Source of the DNA: Candidatus Omnitrophota bacterium
GTDB taxonomy: Bacteria > Omnitrophota > Gorgyraeia > Gygaellales > Profunditerraquicolaceae
Assembly (NCBI GenBank): GCA_016931435.1
Contig: JAFGET010000109.1
Location: 1-41,913 of the forward strand
DNA: 41,913 bases
Direction: 5' to 3'
This document shows, piece after piece, positions 25,339 through 33,778 of the stretch. Under the pieces are notes generated by a model. The model had not been told where the DNA came from and made no database searches. It saw only the letters and a list, made by a program, of their open reading frames with translations. The first letter of the stretch is position 1. The number at the start of each line of letters is the position of its first letter. A program made the position numbers and the translations under genes.

Positions 25339-25974
25339 CTATAGATAAAGTTCTAGCCTTTGCCCTTTATAGTTTAAAATAATCTTCCCTTCCTGGATAT
25401 CTTCAAGCAGTAATTCACCTAGCGCCTGGCCGCGCGATAAATAGTAGGTCTTCTGGGCCTTTTTATCCTCTAATACTGCCTGCGTATTTTCTCCGGTGAT
25501 GATCCCTACCAGGCTGATATCTTTAATCAAATCCGCGCTCTCTTTGATTACATTACTAACGGGTTTTTCTTGGGATACCGAAGAGCTACTAAAGACTTTT
25601 CGGCTGTTTATCGCCTGGGCGTAAAACTCATAAGGCTTAATCTTATTTTCGGCTTCGGGCTTTATTTCATCGATGCCGTCTTCTTTAAGTATTGTCTTTT
25701 TATGGTCATCAAGCTTAAAAAGGGGAAGGAATAAAGAAAAAATCAAATACACGCAAGAGACTATAAAAAAAGCCATAACCACCCGTCGCAATAACGGAAG
25801 CGAAAACTCCTCGCTCCGGCTCAAGGCGCCGGAAGGGGCGGGGTAAGATTGCTTTGTTTCTTCTCTTAAGACAGGTAGCTCAAGAGTTTTTTTTATAGCC
25901 TCCGCCGGTGACTTTTTGGGGGTCCGGATCAATTTAAGCAGTTTTTCTTCAGGAGAAACGTAATTTTCCGCCAT
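25339..25974 (-). CDS. PilP / GspC / MshK-like secretin-associated protein
   Basis: One TM helix (VVMAFFIVSCVYLIFSLFLPLF). The C-terminal beta domain ISLVGIITGENTQAVLEDKKAQKTYYLSRGQALGELLLEDIQEGKIILNYKGQRLELYL is typical of PilP/GspC HR domains. It sits directly upstream of the secretin. Confidence 0.5.
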   Translation of the reverse strand: MAENYVSPEEKLLKLIRTPKKSPAEAIKKTLELPVLREETKQSYPAPSGALSRSEEFSLPLLRRVVMAFFIVSCVYLIFSLFLPLFKLDDHKKTILKEDGIDEIKPEAENKIKPYEFYAQAINSRKVFSSSSVSQEKPVSNVIKESADLIKDISLVGIITGENTQAVLEDKKAQKTYYLSRGQALGELLLEDIQEGKIILNYKGQRLELYL

Positions 25975-25975
25975 A

Positions 25976-26794
25976 TCAAACTTCTTTTAGATCCTGCCTC
26001 AAGCTTTCAATAATCCGAGCGTCCACCACAGAAAGGTCCCGCATAACTATAGACTCTAGCGCATCGTGGCATAACATCGCGATCTTACGGGGATACCCCT
26101 GGGTGTACTGATAGACCAACTGGACAGCTTCGTCGTTAAAAAGACTGTGAGGATTATTTAAACCTGCCTGCCTAAGGCGAAAACCGATCATCTCTTTAGT
26201 CTCCGCTTCATCCAGGGGGTTAATCGTATATTTTAAGGCGATCCTGTCTATAAAATTACGGATGCGCTTTATGCGCGGCATAAGTTCAACCTGCGCCATG
26301 ATCACCAATTGCAGCAATTTAAATTCATTTGTCTCGTAATTAAGGAGCATGCGCAAGACCTCCAGGTTTTCCGGGGTCATCTTCTGCCCTTCATCAATAA
26401 GCAGGATAATGGTCTTATTCTCATCGATGCTTTTTTGGAATAAATATTTCTGAAGGGCTTCTTTGAAATCAAGGGTCGACTTAAAGGCCGGGGTGATCCC
26501 GAACATGCGCACAAGGCTTAATAAAAACTGGTATTCCGATTTATAATGCGGGTCTAAAATCATATGGAATATAAAATCGCTTTCGTCCTTGAAGATCTGC
26601 AGTAACGCGCGCGAAAGCGTAGTCTTTCCCGTACCCACATCCCCTAAGATAAGGTTTAGTCCTCGTCTTAAACGCACAGAGATCTCAAGGCGTTTTAAAG
26701 CGGTATCGTGGCTTGCTGAACGGTAAAAAAATTCCGGGTCAGGGCTTGTAGAAAACGGCTCTTTCTCTAATCCTAGCGCATTAAAGTAACTCAT
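25976..26794 (-). CDS. ExeA / GspA / MshM-type AAA ATPase
   Basis: YFNALGLEKEPFSTSPDPEFFY N-terminus, Walker A GDVGTGKTT, Walker B ILLIDEGQ. Confidence 0.8.
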   Translation of the reverse strand: MSYFNALGLEKEPFSTSPDPEFFYRSASHDTALKRLEISVRLRRGLNLILGDVGTGKTTLSRALLQIFKDESDFIFHMILDPHYKSEYQFLLSLVRMFGITPAFKSTLDFKEALQKYLFQKSIDENKTIILLIDEGQKMTPENLEVLRMLLNYETNEFKLLQLVIMAQVELMPRIKRIRNFIDRIALKYTINPLDEAETKEMIGFRLRQAGLNNPHSLFNDEAVQLVYQYTQGYPRKIAMLCHDALESIVMRDLSVVDARIIESLRQDLKEV

Positions 26795-27002
26795 TCTTTA
26801 TCTCTTTTATAGATTTGCCTTTTTTTCTTAAATTATGTATTGCCTCCAGGTGCGCCAGGGTAGAATCGTCAAAATAACGAAACCTGGTTTCCGGACTACG
26901 GCCGACTTCCTTGATCAGGCCTATTTTGAGGTAAAATTTTAGAGTGTGTATAGAATAACCGCTTAAACGCGCTAAATCCTTTATTAAGTAAATATTTGAG
27001 AT
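26781..27002 (-). CDS. small MerR-type HTH protein (73 aa) lacking any in-frame ATG/GTG/TTG
   Basis: Absent from the ORF track. My translation: (I)SNIYLIKDLARLSGYSIHTLKFYLKIGLIKEVGRSPETRFRYFDDSTLAHLEAIHNLRKKGKSIKEIKNELL*. An in-frame TAA lies at 27017..27015. AAGGAGG sits 5 nt before the ATC at 27002 and there is an ATT at 26993. The stop overlaps the exeA-like start by 14 nt. Confidence 0.5.
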   Translation of the reverse strand: MSNIYLIKDLARLSGYSIHTLKFYLKIGLIKEVGRSPETRFRYFDDSTLAHLEAIHNLRKKGKSIKEIKNELL

Positions 27003-27021
27003 TTTAACCTCCTTTTATGGC

Positions 27022-27097
27022 TACTCTCTATATAGAGAGTATACTATTTTATCAATTTTTGTCAAGGAAAATATGCTGCTCTCTATATGTAGAGTAG
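27022..27097 (-). promoter_or_regulatory. promoter flanked by two palindromic operators
   Basis: Minus strand: TTGACA (27065..27060), 16 nt, TATACT (27043..27038). A perfect 20-bp palindrome tactctctatatagagagta (27022..27041) overlaps the -10. An imperfect copy ctgctctctatatgtagagtag (27076..27097) lies upstream of the -35. Confidence 0.6.
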
Positions 27098-27115
27098 ATT
27101 TAACTAAGACTGGTT

Positions 27116-27655
27116 CTAGAAAGAGGCTTGTGAAATAGAAAAGCTGGAATCAAGGAGTTGTTTATTAGGTTTTGCGGTCAATTGCAGTTTTTTAATTTTT
27201 AATAACAGGGGTGAGTTTTCCAGGTCGTAAATAAATTTCAGATAATCCTCTAAAGTAGCTTCTGCTTTTAAGTCAACGGATATCTCCTGATATGATCCGG
27301 AACTCCTGGGGGCCTGAGGCCGTATATCCAGGATATGTATTGCTGATTTCTTAGCCATATTTTCTAATAAGGCAAGCGTCTTGACTATAGTCGGTTTCTC
27401 CAAAAAAGAGAGCCCTTCTGCTGAAAGTTTATCCTCTTGATGCTTCAAGGAATCTTTTTGCGCCAAGAGGCGCGCGTATTTATTAAGCCTCGCGTTAACA
27501 AGCGCAATCTCCTTATTTAAAGAATCGTGTTTTTTAAACGCGGGCATAAGTACGCTGTTAAAAATAAGGCTTAAGGCTAACGCCGCGGCCGTAAACATCA
27601 GAATCATTTTTTCTCTGGCGGACAATACTTTTTGCATATTTATCGCCTCAGGCAA
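27116..27655 (-). CDS. PilO / MshJ-like pilus assembly protein
   Basis: N-terminal TM (MILMFTAAALALSLIFNSVLM), then a coiled coil and a small C-terminal domain. Position after the PilM-PilN fusion. Alternative start MQKVLS at 27637. Confidence 0.5.
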   Translation of the reverse strand: MPEAINMQKVLSAREKMILMFTAAALALSLIFNSVLMPAFKKHDSLNKEIALVNARLNKYARLLAQKDSLKHQEDKLSAEGLSFLEKPTIVKTLALLENMAKKSAIHILDIRPQAPRSSGSYQEISVDLKAEATLEDYLKFIYDLENSPLLLKIKKLQLTAKPNKQLLDSSFSISQASF

Positions 27656-29067
27656 TCGATCTCAAAATCCACTATTTCACCGCTTTCAGCGGCTCTTTTT
27701 GTAGCGTGTTTTAATTTAATGGTATAATCTCCCATTACTGCCGACTTCTCAAGCCCGGTAACCAAGGATAACACAGCATTCATATCTTGTGATTCCCCGT
27801 ATAGTCCGACCCATTCGCCTTCTTCATAAATAAAATTGTTCAGGGATGCCCGTGGAGGCATCAAGCGGCTGATCTCGCTCAATAAATCTAAAACTGCGGC
27901 GTTAACCTTCCTGCGGCTGTTAAGCAGCTTAAGCCGCTTTTCCATAGCTTCAAGGGGCTGCGCTTCGGTCAATACTTTACTCAACTTTATGTTCTGTTTT
28001 CTTAAATACCTTCCTTTTGCCATTAGGCTTAAGTTGATGCCTAAAGCCAAGGCTAAAGCCGCCCCCAAAACATATAGAAATATCTTGCGGTATTCTTGCC
28101 GCCTGAAGAAATTCTTTGCTTCTTCCTTTTTTTCGGGAAGCGCCAGATTTAAAAACTTGGGGGCATCTTCTAGCGTAAAACCTAAAGCATTGACCAGGGA
28201 GACCTCGGGATCGGCTATCCGGGATAAAAGACTTTCGGAGAGCTCCATCTTGCTCTTATAAGGCAAAACCTCGACGGGTAATTTCACCTGTTCTGACAGG
28301 GCCTTCGTCAATCCCGGATGAAACATGCCGGTTTCGCCGAATAAAACAACCCTCTCCGGAGGCAGGCCTGGTATCTCTTTTGTATAGACGCCCAGGGTTT
28401 TATTGGCCTCTTCCGCAAAAACGTTCTCACGCTGGGGGAGATCTTTGCCGACCTTAAAATAACGGCTAAAAAGGAGTTTTTTATCCTGAGTAAACGCTAT
28501 TTCGGTATTCGACAGATCCGTATCTACCAACATAACCGGGGCGCTCTGCTGCCTGCTAAGGTGCGCGTATAAAACACAGAGACTGAAAGAACTTAAAACT
28601 ACAGAGATATTTTTTGGGTTTAATCCTTGAAAAAAATCAAGGTAACGCTCAAGGACCTCCCGCCTGACGATAATAAGATTTATGCTGCAGTAGCCCTGAC
28701 TATCGGAAGAAATGATATCGTAGGCAGTGACCAGTTCCTCCGGAGGATAAGGCAGGAAGCGCCCTGCCTGTAAATTGGCGATCTTATCAATCTCATGCGG
28801 ATTTTGCGCCGGGACTTTTAAATAACGGCAGGTAGCTTGATTGCGCGGCAAAGAAATAATAAGGGGGTTATCTTTATAGGCAGATTGCACCAGCGCCTTT
28901 TTTAATTTTTCTTTTAGTTCCTGCCCGCTCGTGCTAAGCTCAAGCGGCTGAACAACAAGATCCAGGATTTCTCTTTTTGCGCCTAAGCCGTATTTTAATA
29001 GCTTAAAAGAATTCTCCGTAAAAGAACAAACAAAGCCGGCTTTCTTGTTTTTATTAGACTTCGTCAT
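27640..29067 (-). CDS. PilM-PilN fusion (MshI-like) pilus assembly protein
   Basis: An actin-like PilM region over the first roughly 320 aa, then a TM (IFLYVLGAALALALGINLSLM) and a PilN-like C-terminal domain. Overlaps the ATPase gene stop by 14 nt. Confidence 0.65.
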   Translation of the reverse strand: MTKSNKNKKAGFVCSFTENSFKLLKYGLGAKREILDLVVQPLELSTSGQELKEKLKKALVQSAYKDNPLIISLPRNQATCRYLKVPAQNPHEIDKIANLQAGRFLPYPPEELVTAYDIISSDSQGYCSINLIIVRREVLERYLDFFQGLNPKNISVVLSSFSLCVLYAHLSRQQSAPVMLVDTDLSNTEIAFTQDKKLLFSRYFKVGKDLPQRENVFAEEANKTLGVYTKEIPGLPPERVVLFGETGMFHPGLTKALSEQVKLPVEVLPYKSKMELSESLLSRIADPEVSLVNALGFTLEDAPKFLNLALPEKKEEAKNFFRRQEYRKIFLYVLGAALALALGINLSLMAKGRYLRKQNIKLSKVLTEAQPLEAMEKRLKLLNSRRKVNAAVLDLLSEISRLMPPRASLNNFIYEEGEWVGLYGESQDMNAVLSLVTGLEKSAVMGDYTIKLKHATKRAAESGEIVDFEIDCLRR

Positions 29068-30781
29068 TTTTTAACTGATGCTCTAACTGCGTAACGCGCA
29101 TAACTTCGGCGTAAGTAGTAAGTCCGGCTAAAACCTTCTCCAGGCCGTCGTGGCGAAGGGTACGCATGCCTTCATTTAACGCCTGTTTTTTAATCTGCTG
29201 GCTGGAAGCGTGATTAAGTATTAATTCCCTTATCGGTTCGCTTATCGGCAGGATCTCATATATACCCGTGCGGCCACGATATCCTGTAAACCTGCATTCC
29301 TGACACCCTTTCCCTTCATAAATCTCTGCCTGCCTTATGCCGCATGGGATCTCTTTATAAATAAAGTTTAAGGTCTCAGCTGGATTTTTTACCGGCACTT
29401 TGCATTTAGGGCAAACCAGGCGCACCAGCCTCTGCGCAATCAGACATTCTAAAGAAGAAGAAACTAAAAACGGCTCAATGCCCATATCTAACAGGCGGGT
29501 AATTGCTCCGGCGGCATCATTGGTATGCAAGGTTGAGAACACCAGGTGCCCGGTAAGCGCAGACCTGATAGCGATCTCTGCGGTCTCGGCGTCCCTGACC
29601 TCGCCTACCATCATCACGTCGGGGTCATGTCTTAACATATGCCGAAGGGCCGCGGCAAAAGTCAAGCCGATCTGCGGATTAGCCTGGATCTGGTTTATCC
29701 CGCGCATCTGATATTCAATAGGGTCTTCGATTGTAATGATCTTATTGGCGTCGGAATTGATGCGGGCTAAAGCCGCATATAAAGTAGTGGATTTTCCTGA
29801 TCCGGTTGGGCCGGTGACGAAAACCACCCCATGGGGCTTTATGATAAAACTTTCTATCAACCTCAGGTCCTCCTGGCGCAGCCCTAGTTTTTCCAGCTCC
29901 AGAAAAAATGACAGGCTTAGAATCCTGATCTGCACCGCTTCTCCGAAGATAGTGGGGATGATGGAAACGCGCAAATCCAGCTCCTGCTGTCCTACTTTGA
30001 CTTTGATCCGGCCATCCTGCGGAAGCCTGCGTTCGGCAATATTCAAATGCGCCATGATCTTAATACGCGAGACTATGGCCAAATGGAAATATTTGATGCT
30101 TTCGGGAGTATTGATATCATAAAGTACCCCGTCGATGCGAAAACGCGCGCGTAACTCATTGGCAAAAGGCTCCAGGTGCACATCGGTAGCCCTCTCTTTA
30201 ATGGCTTCCGATAATATCTGGTTGACTACCTTGATTACCGAAGCGTCTTCCGCCAGGGCTTCTACGTCTTCGGCTTTTTCCAGGGGGATGCTTAATTCTT
30301 CAAAAGGCCCTTTTTGGGAGACCATTCTTTCTATAGTCTCGGCGCCCACGCCATAATACCTGCGGATAGCCTCCTGGATCTCCCATTCGCTGGATAAAGC
30401 ACCCTTTATTTCCAGGCTTAAAAGTAATTTAAGGTCATCGATGGTGCGGATATCCAAAGGATCGGCCATCGCAATAACTAAAATATTGTCTGTAAATTCT
30501 ACCGGCATGATCTTATAATGGCTGGCGAACTTTGCCGGGACTTTTTGGATAACCTCCAAGGATATTTCGCAGCCTCTCAATTTTATATAGGGGGTGTGCA
30601 GCTGGCGGGACAAAACGTTAAAAATTTTATCTTCCGGGGCAAAACCCAGCTTTACTAAAGTTGCGCAGATAAAATTACCGGTCTTTTTCTGTTCGATAAG
30701 ACCGGCTTCCAGTTGCTCAGGCGTAATCACGCCTTCTTTGATTAACATCTGGCCGATAAGGATATCGTCTTTGATTGGCAT
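29054..30781 (-). CDS. MshE / PilB / GspE family secretion ATPase with MshEN-like N-terminal domain
   Basis: Walker A GPTGSGKST, Asp/His boxes, and the tetracysteine CPKC...CQEC. The N-terminus carries two 24-residue MshEN-like motifs separated by 5 residues. Confidence 0.9.
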   Translation of the reverse strand: MPIKDDILIGQMLIKEGVITPEQLEAGLIEQKKTGNFICATLVKLGFAPEDKIFNVLSRQLHTPYIKLRGCEISLEVIQKVPAKFASHYKIMPVEFTDNILVIAMADPLDIRTIDDLKLLLSLEIKGALSSEWEIQEAIRRYYGVGAETIERMVSQKGPFEELSIPLEKAEDVEALAEDASVIKVVNQILSEAIKERATDVHLEPFANELRARFRIDGVLYDINTPESIKYFHLAIVSRIKIMAHLNIAERRLPQDGRIKVKVGQQELDLRVSIIPTIFGEAVQIRILSLSFFLELEKLGLRQEDLRLIESFIIKPHGVVFVTGPTGSGKSTTLYAALARINSDANKIITIEDPIEYQMRGINQIQANPQIGLTFAAALRHMLRHDPDVMMVGEVRDAETAEIAIRSALTGHLVFSTLHTNDAAGAITRLLDMGIEPFLVSSSLECLIAQRLVRLVCPKCKVPVKNPAETLNFIYKEIPCGIRQAEIYEGKGCQECRFTGYRGRTGIYEILPISEPIRELILNHASSQQIKKQALNEGMRTLRHDGLEKVLAGLTTYAEVMRVTQLEHQLKNDEV

Positions 30782-30788
30782 ATAACCC

Positions 30789-31442
30789 TTAAATTATCAC
30801 CACAAATTCTCCGCGGGGCTTATGAATCTTAAAATGGCTCACGATTTCCCTGGCGCTGCAGCGCTTAATTTCTTCAAACTTCTTCGTCAATTCTCTGGCG
30901 CAGGTGATTTCTTTCTCGCCAAAAATATCCTGTATATCTTCGAGGGTAGCTAAAATCCTATGGCAGGATTCGTAAAAAATCACAGTCTGTCTGTAAGCGG
31001 CGATCTCTTTGAGGCGGTTACGGCGGGCAATCTTACGATTAGGCAGAAAGCCTTCAAAGATAAATCTATGCGCCGGCTTTCCGGAAAGGACCAGGGCATT
31101 TACAAAAGCCGCGGGGCCCGGGATAACCGTGATTTCAATATTATTCTTTATCGCAAGGTTAATCAGGTGGTAACCCGGGTCCAATATCCCCGGCATCCCG
31201 GCATCTGAAACCAGGGCTACGTTTTTACCCTTTTTAAGCTGGTCAATTATATATTCTCCCTTGGTGAAACGGTTGTGCTGAAAATAACTCGTCGTAGGTG
31301 TTGCGATATCATAGTTTCTAAGCAGGATCTGGCTGTGGCGGGTATCCTCGCAGGCGATTAAATCCACGCCCTTTAGGACCTCCAGGGCCCTTAAGGTGAT
31401 ATCCTTGAGATTCCCTATAGGAGTGGCAACGATATAAAGCAT
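30789..31442 (-). CDS. rsmI: 16S rRNA (cytidine1402-2'-O)-methyltransferase
   Basis: MLYIVATPIGNLKDITLRALEVLKGVDLIACEDTRHS. The true start is the ATG at 31442. The track's extra 19 N-terminal residues translate the repeat spacer. Confidence 0.9.
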   Translation of the reverse strand: MLYIVATPIGNLKDITLRALEVLKGVDLIACEDTRHSQILLRNYDIATPTTSYFQHNRFTKGEYIIDQLKKGKNVALVSDAGMPGILDPGYHLINLAIKNNIEITVIPGPAAFVNALVLSGKPAHRFIFEGFLPNRKIARRNRLKEIAAYRQTVIFYESCHRILATLEDIQDIFGEKEITCARELTKKFEEIKRCSAREIVSHFKIHKPRGEFVVII

Positions 31443-31577
31443 GGCAAATTCAAATGTCAAAGCACAAATGAAAAAATAATGCCAAAGCACAAATGACAAA
31501 TAACAAAACTTTTGGTTTTATATTTGACATTGGGATTTTGGATTTATTTTGACATTTGGATTTTGTCATTTGACATT
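31443..31577. repeat. AT-rich inverted pair of heptanucleotide-periodic arrays (spacer B)
   Basis: Right arm tgacatt|tggattt|tgtcatt|tgacatt (31550..31577) abuts the glmS stop. Also tgacatt|gggattt|tggattt (31525..31545). The left arm has NNNCAAA units (tgtcaaa|gcacaaa|tgaaaaa ... caaagca|caaatga|caaataa). The 17-mer tttgacatttggatttt (31548..31564) is identical to 3260..3276. Confidence 0.85.
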
Positions 31578-33416
31578 TTATTCAACTGTTACGGACTTGG
31601 CTAAATTCCGCGGCTGGTCCACATTACAACCGCGTTTTACCGCTACATGATAGGCTAATAACTGCAGGGGAAGAGCTGCAATCAAAGGTGAGAATAATTC
31701 GTTTATTTTTGGTATAAAAATAACCTCTTGCGATAAATCTTTTATCTTTTTGTTGCCTTCGCTTGCGATAATCATAAGCTTTCCCCGACGAGAATGTATT
31801 TCCTGTATATTAGAGATCATTTTTTCATAAAGGACGGATTCCGTAGCGATGCAGACCACGGCCCGGTATTCATCGATTAATGCGATGGGGCCATGTTTCA
31901 TTTCACCGGCAGCATAGCCTTCTGCGGGGATATAAGATATCTCTTTAAGCTTTAGCGCCCCTTCCAGGGCGGAGGGATAATTGATATTCCTTCCTAAAAA
32001 TAAAAAAGATCCGAAATTAGAGTGTTTGCGCGCCCAAGATTTGATGCTGCCTTGTGCCTTAAGGACCTTTTTCATAAGCGCAGGGCACAGCCTTAACGCC
32101 GTAATAAGCCTGCTTATGGTTGGGTTAGCCTGTGCGCCTTTTAATTGAACCAAGTATATCGCTAATAGATACAAAACGGCAAGCTGAGCGGTATAGGCCT
32201 TGGTTGAAGCCACGCCTATTTCAGGCCCGGCATGGGTATAGATCACCCCGTCTGACTCCCGCACCAGGGTAGAACCTAATACATTACATATCGCCAATAC
32301 CGAAGCTTTTTTTCGCCTGGCTTCTTTCGCCGCGGCTAAAGTATCAGCGGTCTCTCCCGACTGGCTGATAGCCACGACCAATGTATTTTTACTTAAAATA
32401 GCATCACGATAGCGGAACTCGCTGGATAAATCCACGTTTACCGGGATACGGCAAACCCTTTCCAAAATATATTTACCGCATAAACCGGCATGATAGGCAG
32501 TTCCGCAGGCTATGATTGTGATGTTCTTTACAGAACAAAGTTCTTTTTCTTTTATTTTTAACTCTTCAAAAAATACCCGCCTTTTATCTTTTTTAATCCT
32601 TTGGCTGAGGATATTTTCTAAAACTTTCGGCTGCTCATTTATTTCTTTGAGCATAAAATGCGGCCAACCTTGCTTCTGAGCTTCTGAGGCGCTCCAGGTT
32701 ATGCGCGTAGGGCTTCTTTTGACGGCCCTTCCTGAAAGCTCGCTTAATTTTATCGTATCACGGGTTAAAACCGCCATTTCCTTATCATTTAAGAAGATCA
32801 CGTCTTTAGCAAAATCTAATAATGCCGGAACATCCGAGGCGAGGAAATTTTCATTATTCCCTACCGCGGCTACCAGGGGGCTTCCCAGGCGCGCCCCGAT
32901 CAATTTATCCGGTTCGCGCTTAGAAATTACGCCGATAGCGAATGAACCTTCGAGCTTAAGCAAGGCTTTTCTTACCGCCTCTTCTAACGGGATATTACGG
33001 TAATATTTCTCAATCAGGTGCACGATGACTTCGGTATCGGTCTGGCTACTGAATCGATGACCTTCTTTTATCAACCCCTGTTTTAATTTAGCGTAATTTT
33101 CGATAATGCCGTTATGCACGATTGCGATCTCGCCTTTACAATCCAGGTGGGGATGGGCATTGGTTTGATTAGGGGCCCCGTGGGTGGCCCAGCGGTTGTG
33201 CGCCAGGCCGACATTGCCCGAAAGAGGATTTTTGTGAATGAGGCGCTCCAGGTCTTTGATCTTTCCCGGGAGCTTACGTAAAGAAATGGCGTTTTTATCG
33301 GAAGAAACCGTGCAGATGCCGGAAGAATCATATCCGCGGTATTCCAGGCGCCTTAGCCCGCTTAAAAGTATTGGCTGCGCTTCTTTTTCCCCGATATATC
33401 CTACTATCCCGCACAC
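31578..33416 (-). CDS. glmS: glutamine--fructose-6-phosphate aminotransferase
   Basis: MCGIVGYIG N-terminal nucleophile, two SIS domains, and the C-terminus ending KSVTVE. Confidence 0.95.
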   Translation of the reverse strand: MCGIVGYIGEKEAQPILLSGLRRLEYRGYDSSGICTVSSDKNAISLRKLPGKIKDLERLIHKNPLSGNVGLAHNRWATHGAPNQTNAHPHLDCKGEIAIVHNGIIENYAKLKQGLIKEGHRFSSQTDTEVIVHLIEKYYRNIPLEEAVRKALLKLEGSFAIGVISKREPDKLIGARLGSPLVAAVGNNENFLASDVPALLDFAKDVIFLNDKEMAVLTRDTIKLSELSGRAVKRSPTRITWSASEAQKQGWPHFMLKEINEQPKVLENILSQRIKKDKRRVFFEELKIKEKELCSVKNITIIACGTAYHAGLCGKYILERVCRIPVNVDLSSEFRYRDAILSKNTLVVAISQSGETADTLAAAKEARRKKASVLAICNVLGSTLVRESDGVIYTHAGPEIGVASTKAYTAQLAVLYLLAIYLVQLKGAQANPTISRLITALRLCPALMKKVLKAQGSIKSWARKHSNFGSFLFLGRNINYPSALEGALKLKEISYIPAEGYAAGEMKHGPIALIDEYRAVVCIATESVLYEKMISNIQEIHSRRGKLMIIASEGNKKIKDLSQEVIFIPKINELFSPLIAALPLQLLAYHVAVKRGCNVDQPRNLAKSVTVE

Positions 33417-33520
33417 ATTCGCCTCGCTTCTCTCGGCTAAATTTAAAAGTCAAAACGAAAAAGTTGAAATGAATCTTTAAAACTTTTGCCTTTTACGCTT
33501 TGACTTTTGACTTATTAATG
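33417..33520. repeat. AT-rich heptamer-periodic inverted repeat (spacer C)
   Basis: aaaagtcaaaacg (33445..33457) against cgctttgactttt (33496..33508). Heptamers cttttgc|cttttac|gctttga|cttttga|cttatta (33483..33517). The 11-mer aaatgaatctt (33467..33477) is identical to 3175..3185. Confidence 0.8.
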
Positions 33521-33595
33521 TGTCCCCACGGGGATTTGAACCCCGGTCGAGAGCTTGAAAAGCTCTTGTCCTAGGCCAGACTAGACGATGGGGAC
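33521..33595 (-). tRNA. tRNA-Glu (anticodon UUC)
   Basis: Reverse complement: GTCCCCATCGTCTAGTCTGGCCTAGGACAAGAGCTTTTCAAGCTCTCGACCGGGGTTCAAATCCCCGTGGGGACA. Acceptor GTCCCCA/TGGGGAC, anticodon loop TT-TTC-AA, T-loop TTCAAAT. Confidence 0.9.
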
Positions 33596-33778
33596 AAGTA
33601 TCTTTCTGACTTTAGAAAAGTAGCATATAATAAAACAGGTGTGAAATCAAGAGGATTTTAAAACATCTGCCCCGTAAGGAAGAGGGCATGACAAGAATAT
33701 CCCCCGGCCTATCAAGTTTGTCGTTTAAAAGGCAAGCGTACGCCGAGCATCATATAGAGAAGTTACAAAACAAAGGCT

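Noticed and set aside
31443-31499. A 19-residue N-terminal extension of RsmI (MSFVLWHYFFICALTFEFA).
   Set aside because: It is a translation of the heptamer repeat array. RsmI proteins begin at MLYIVATPIGN, which is the ATG at 31442.
33521-33778. A tRNA-Glu-adjacent integration signature for the YcaO module (integrase, att duplication of the tRNA 3' end).
   Set aside because: There is no integrase or recombinase ORF anywhere in the window, and I found no second copy of the tRNA 3' end. The foreign-origin idea rests only on apparent AT-richness.
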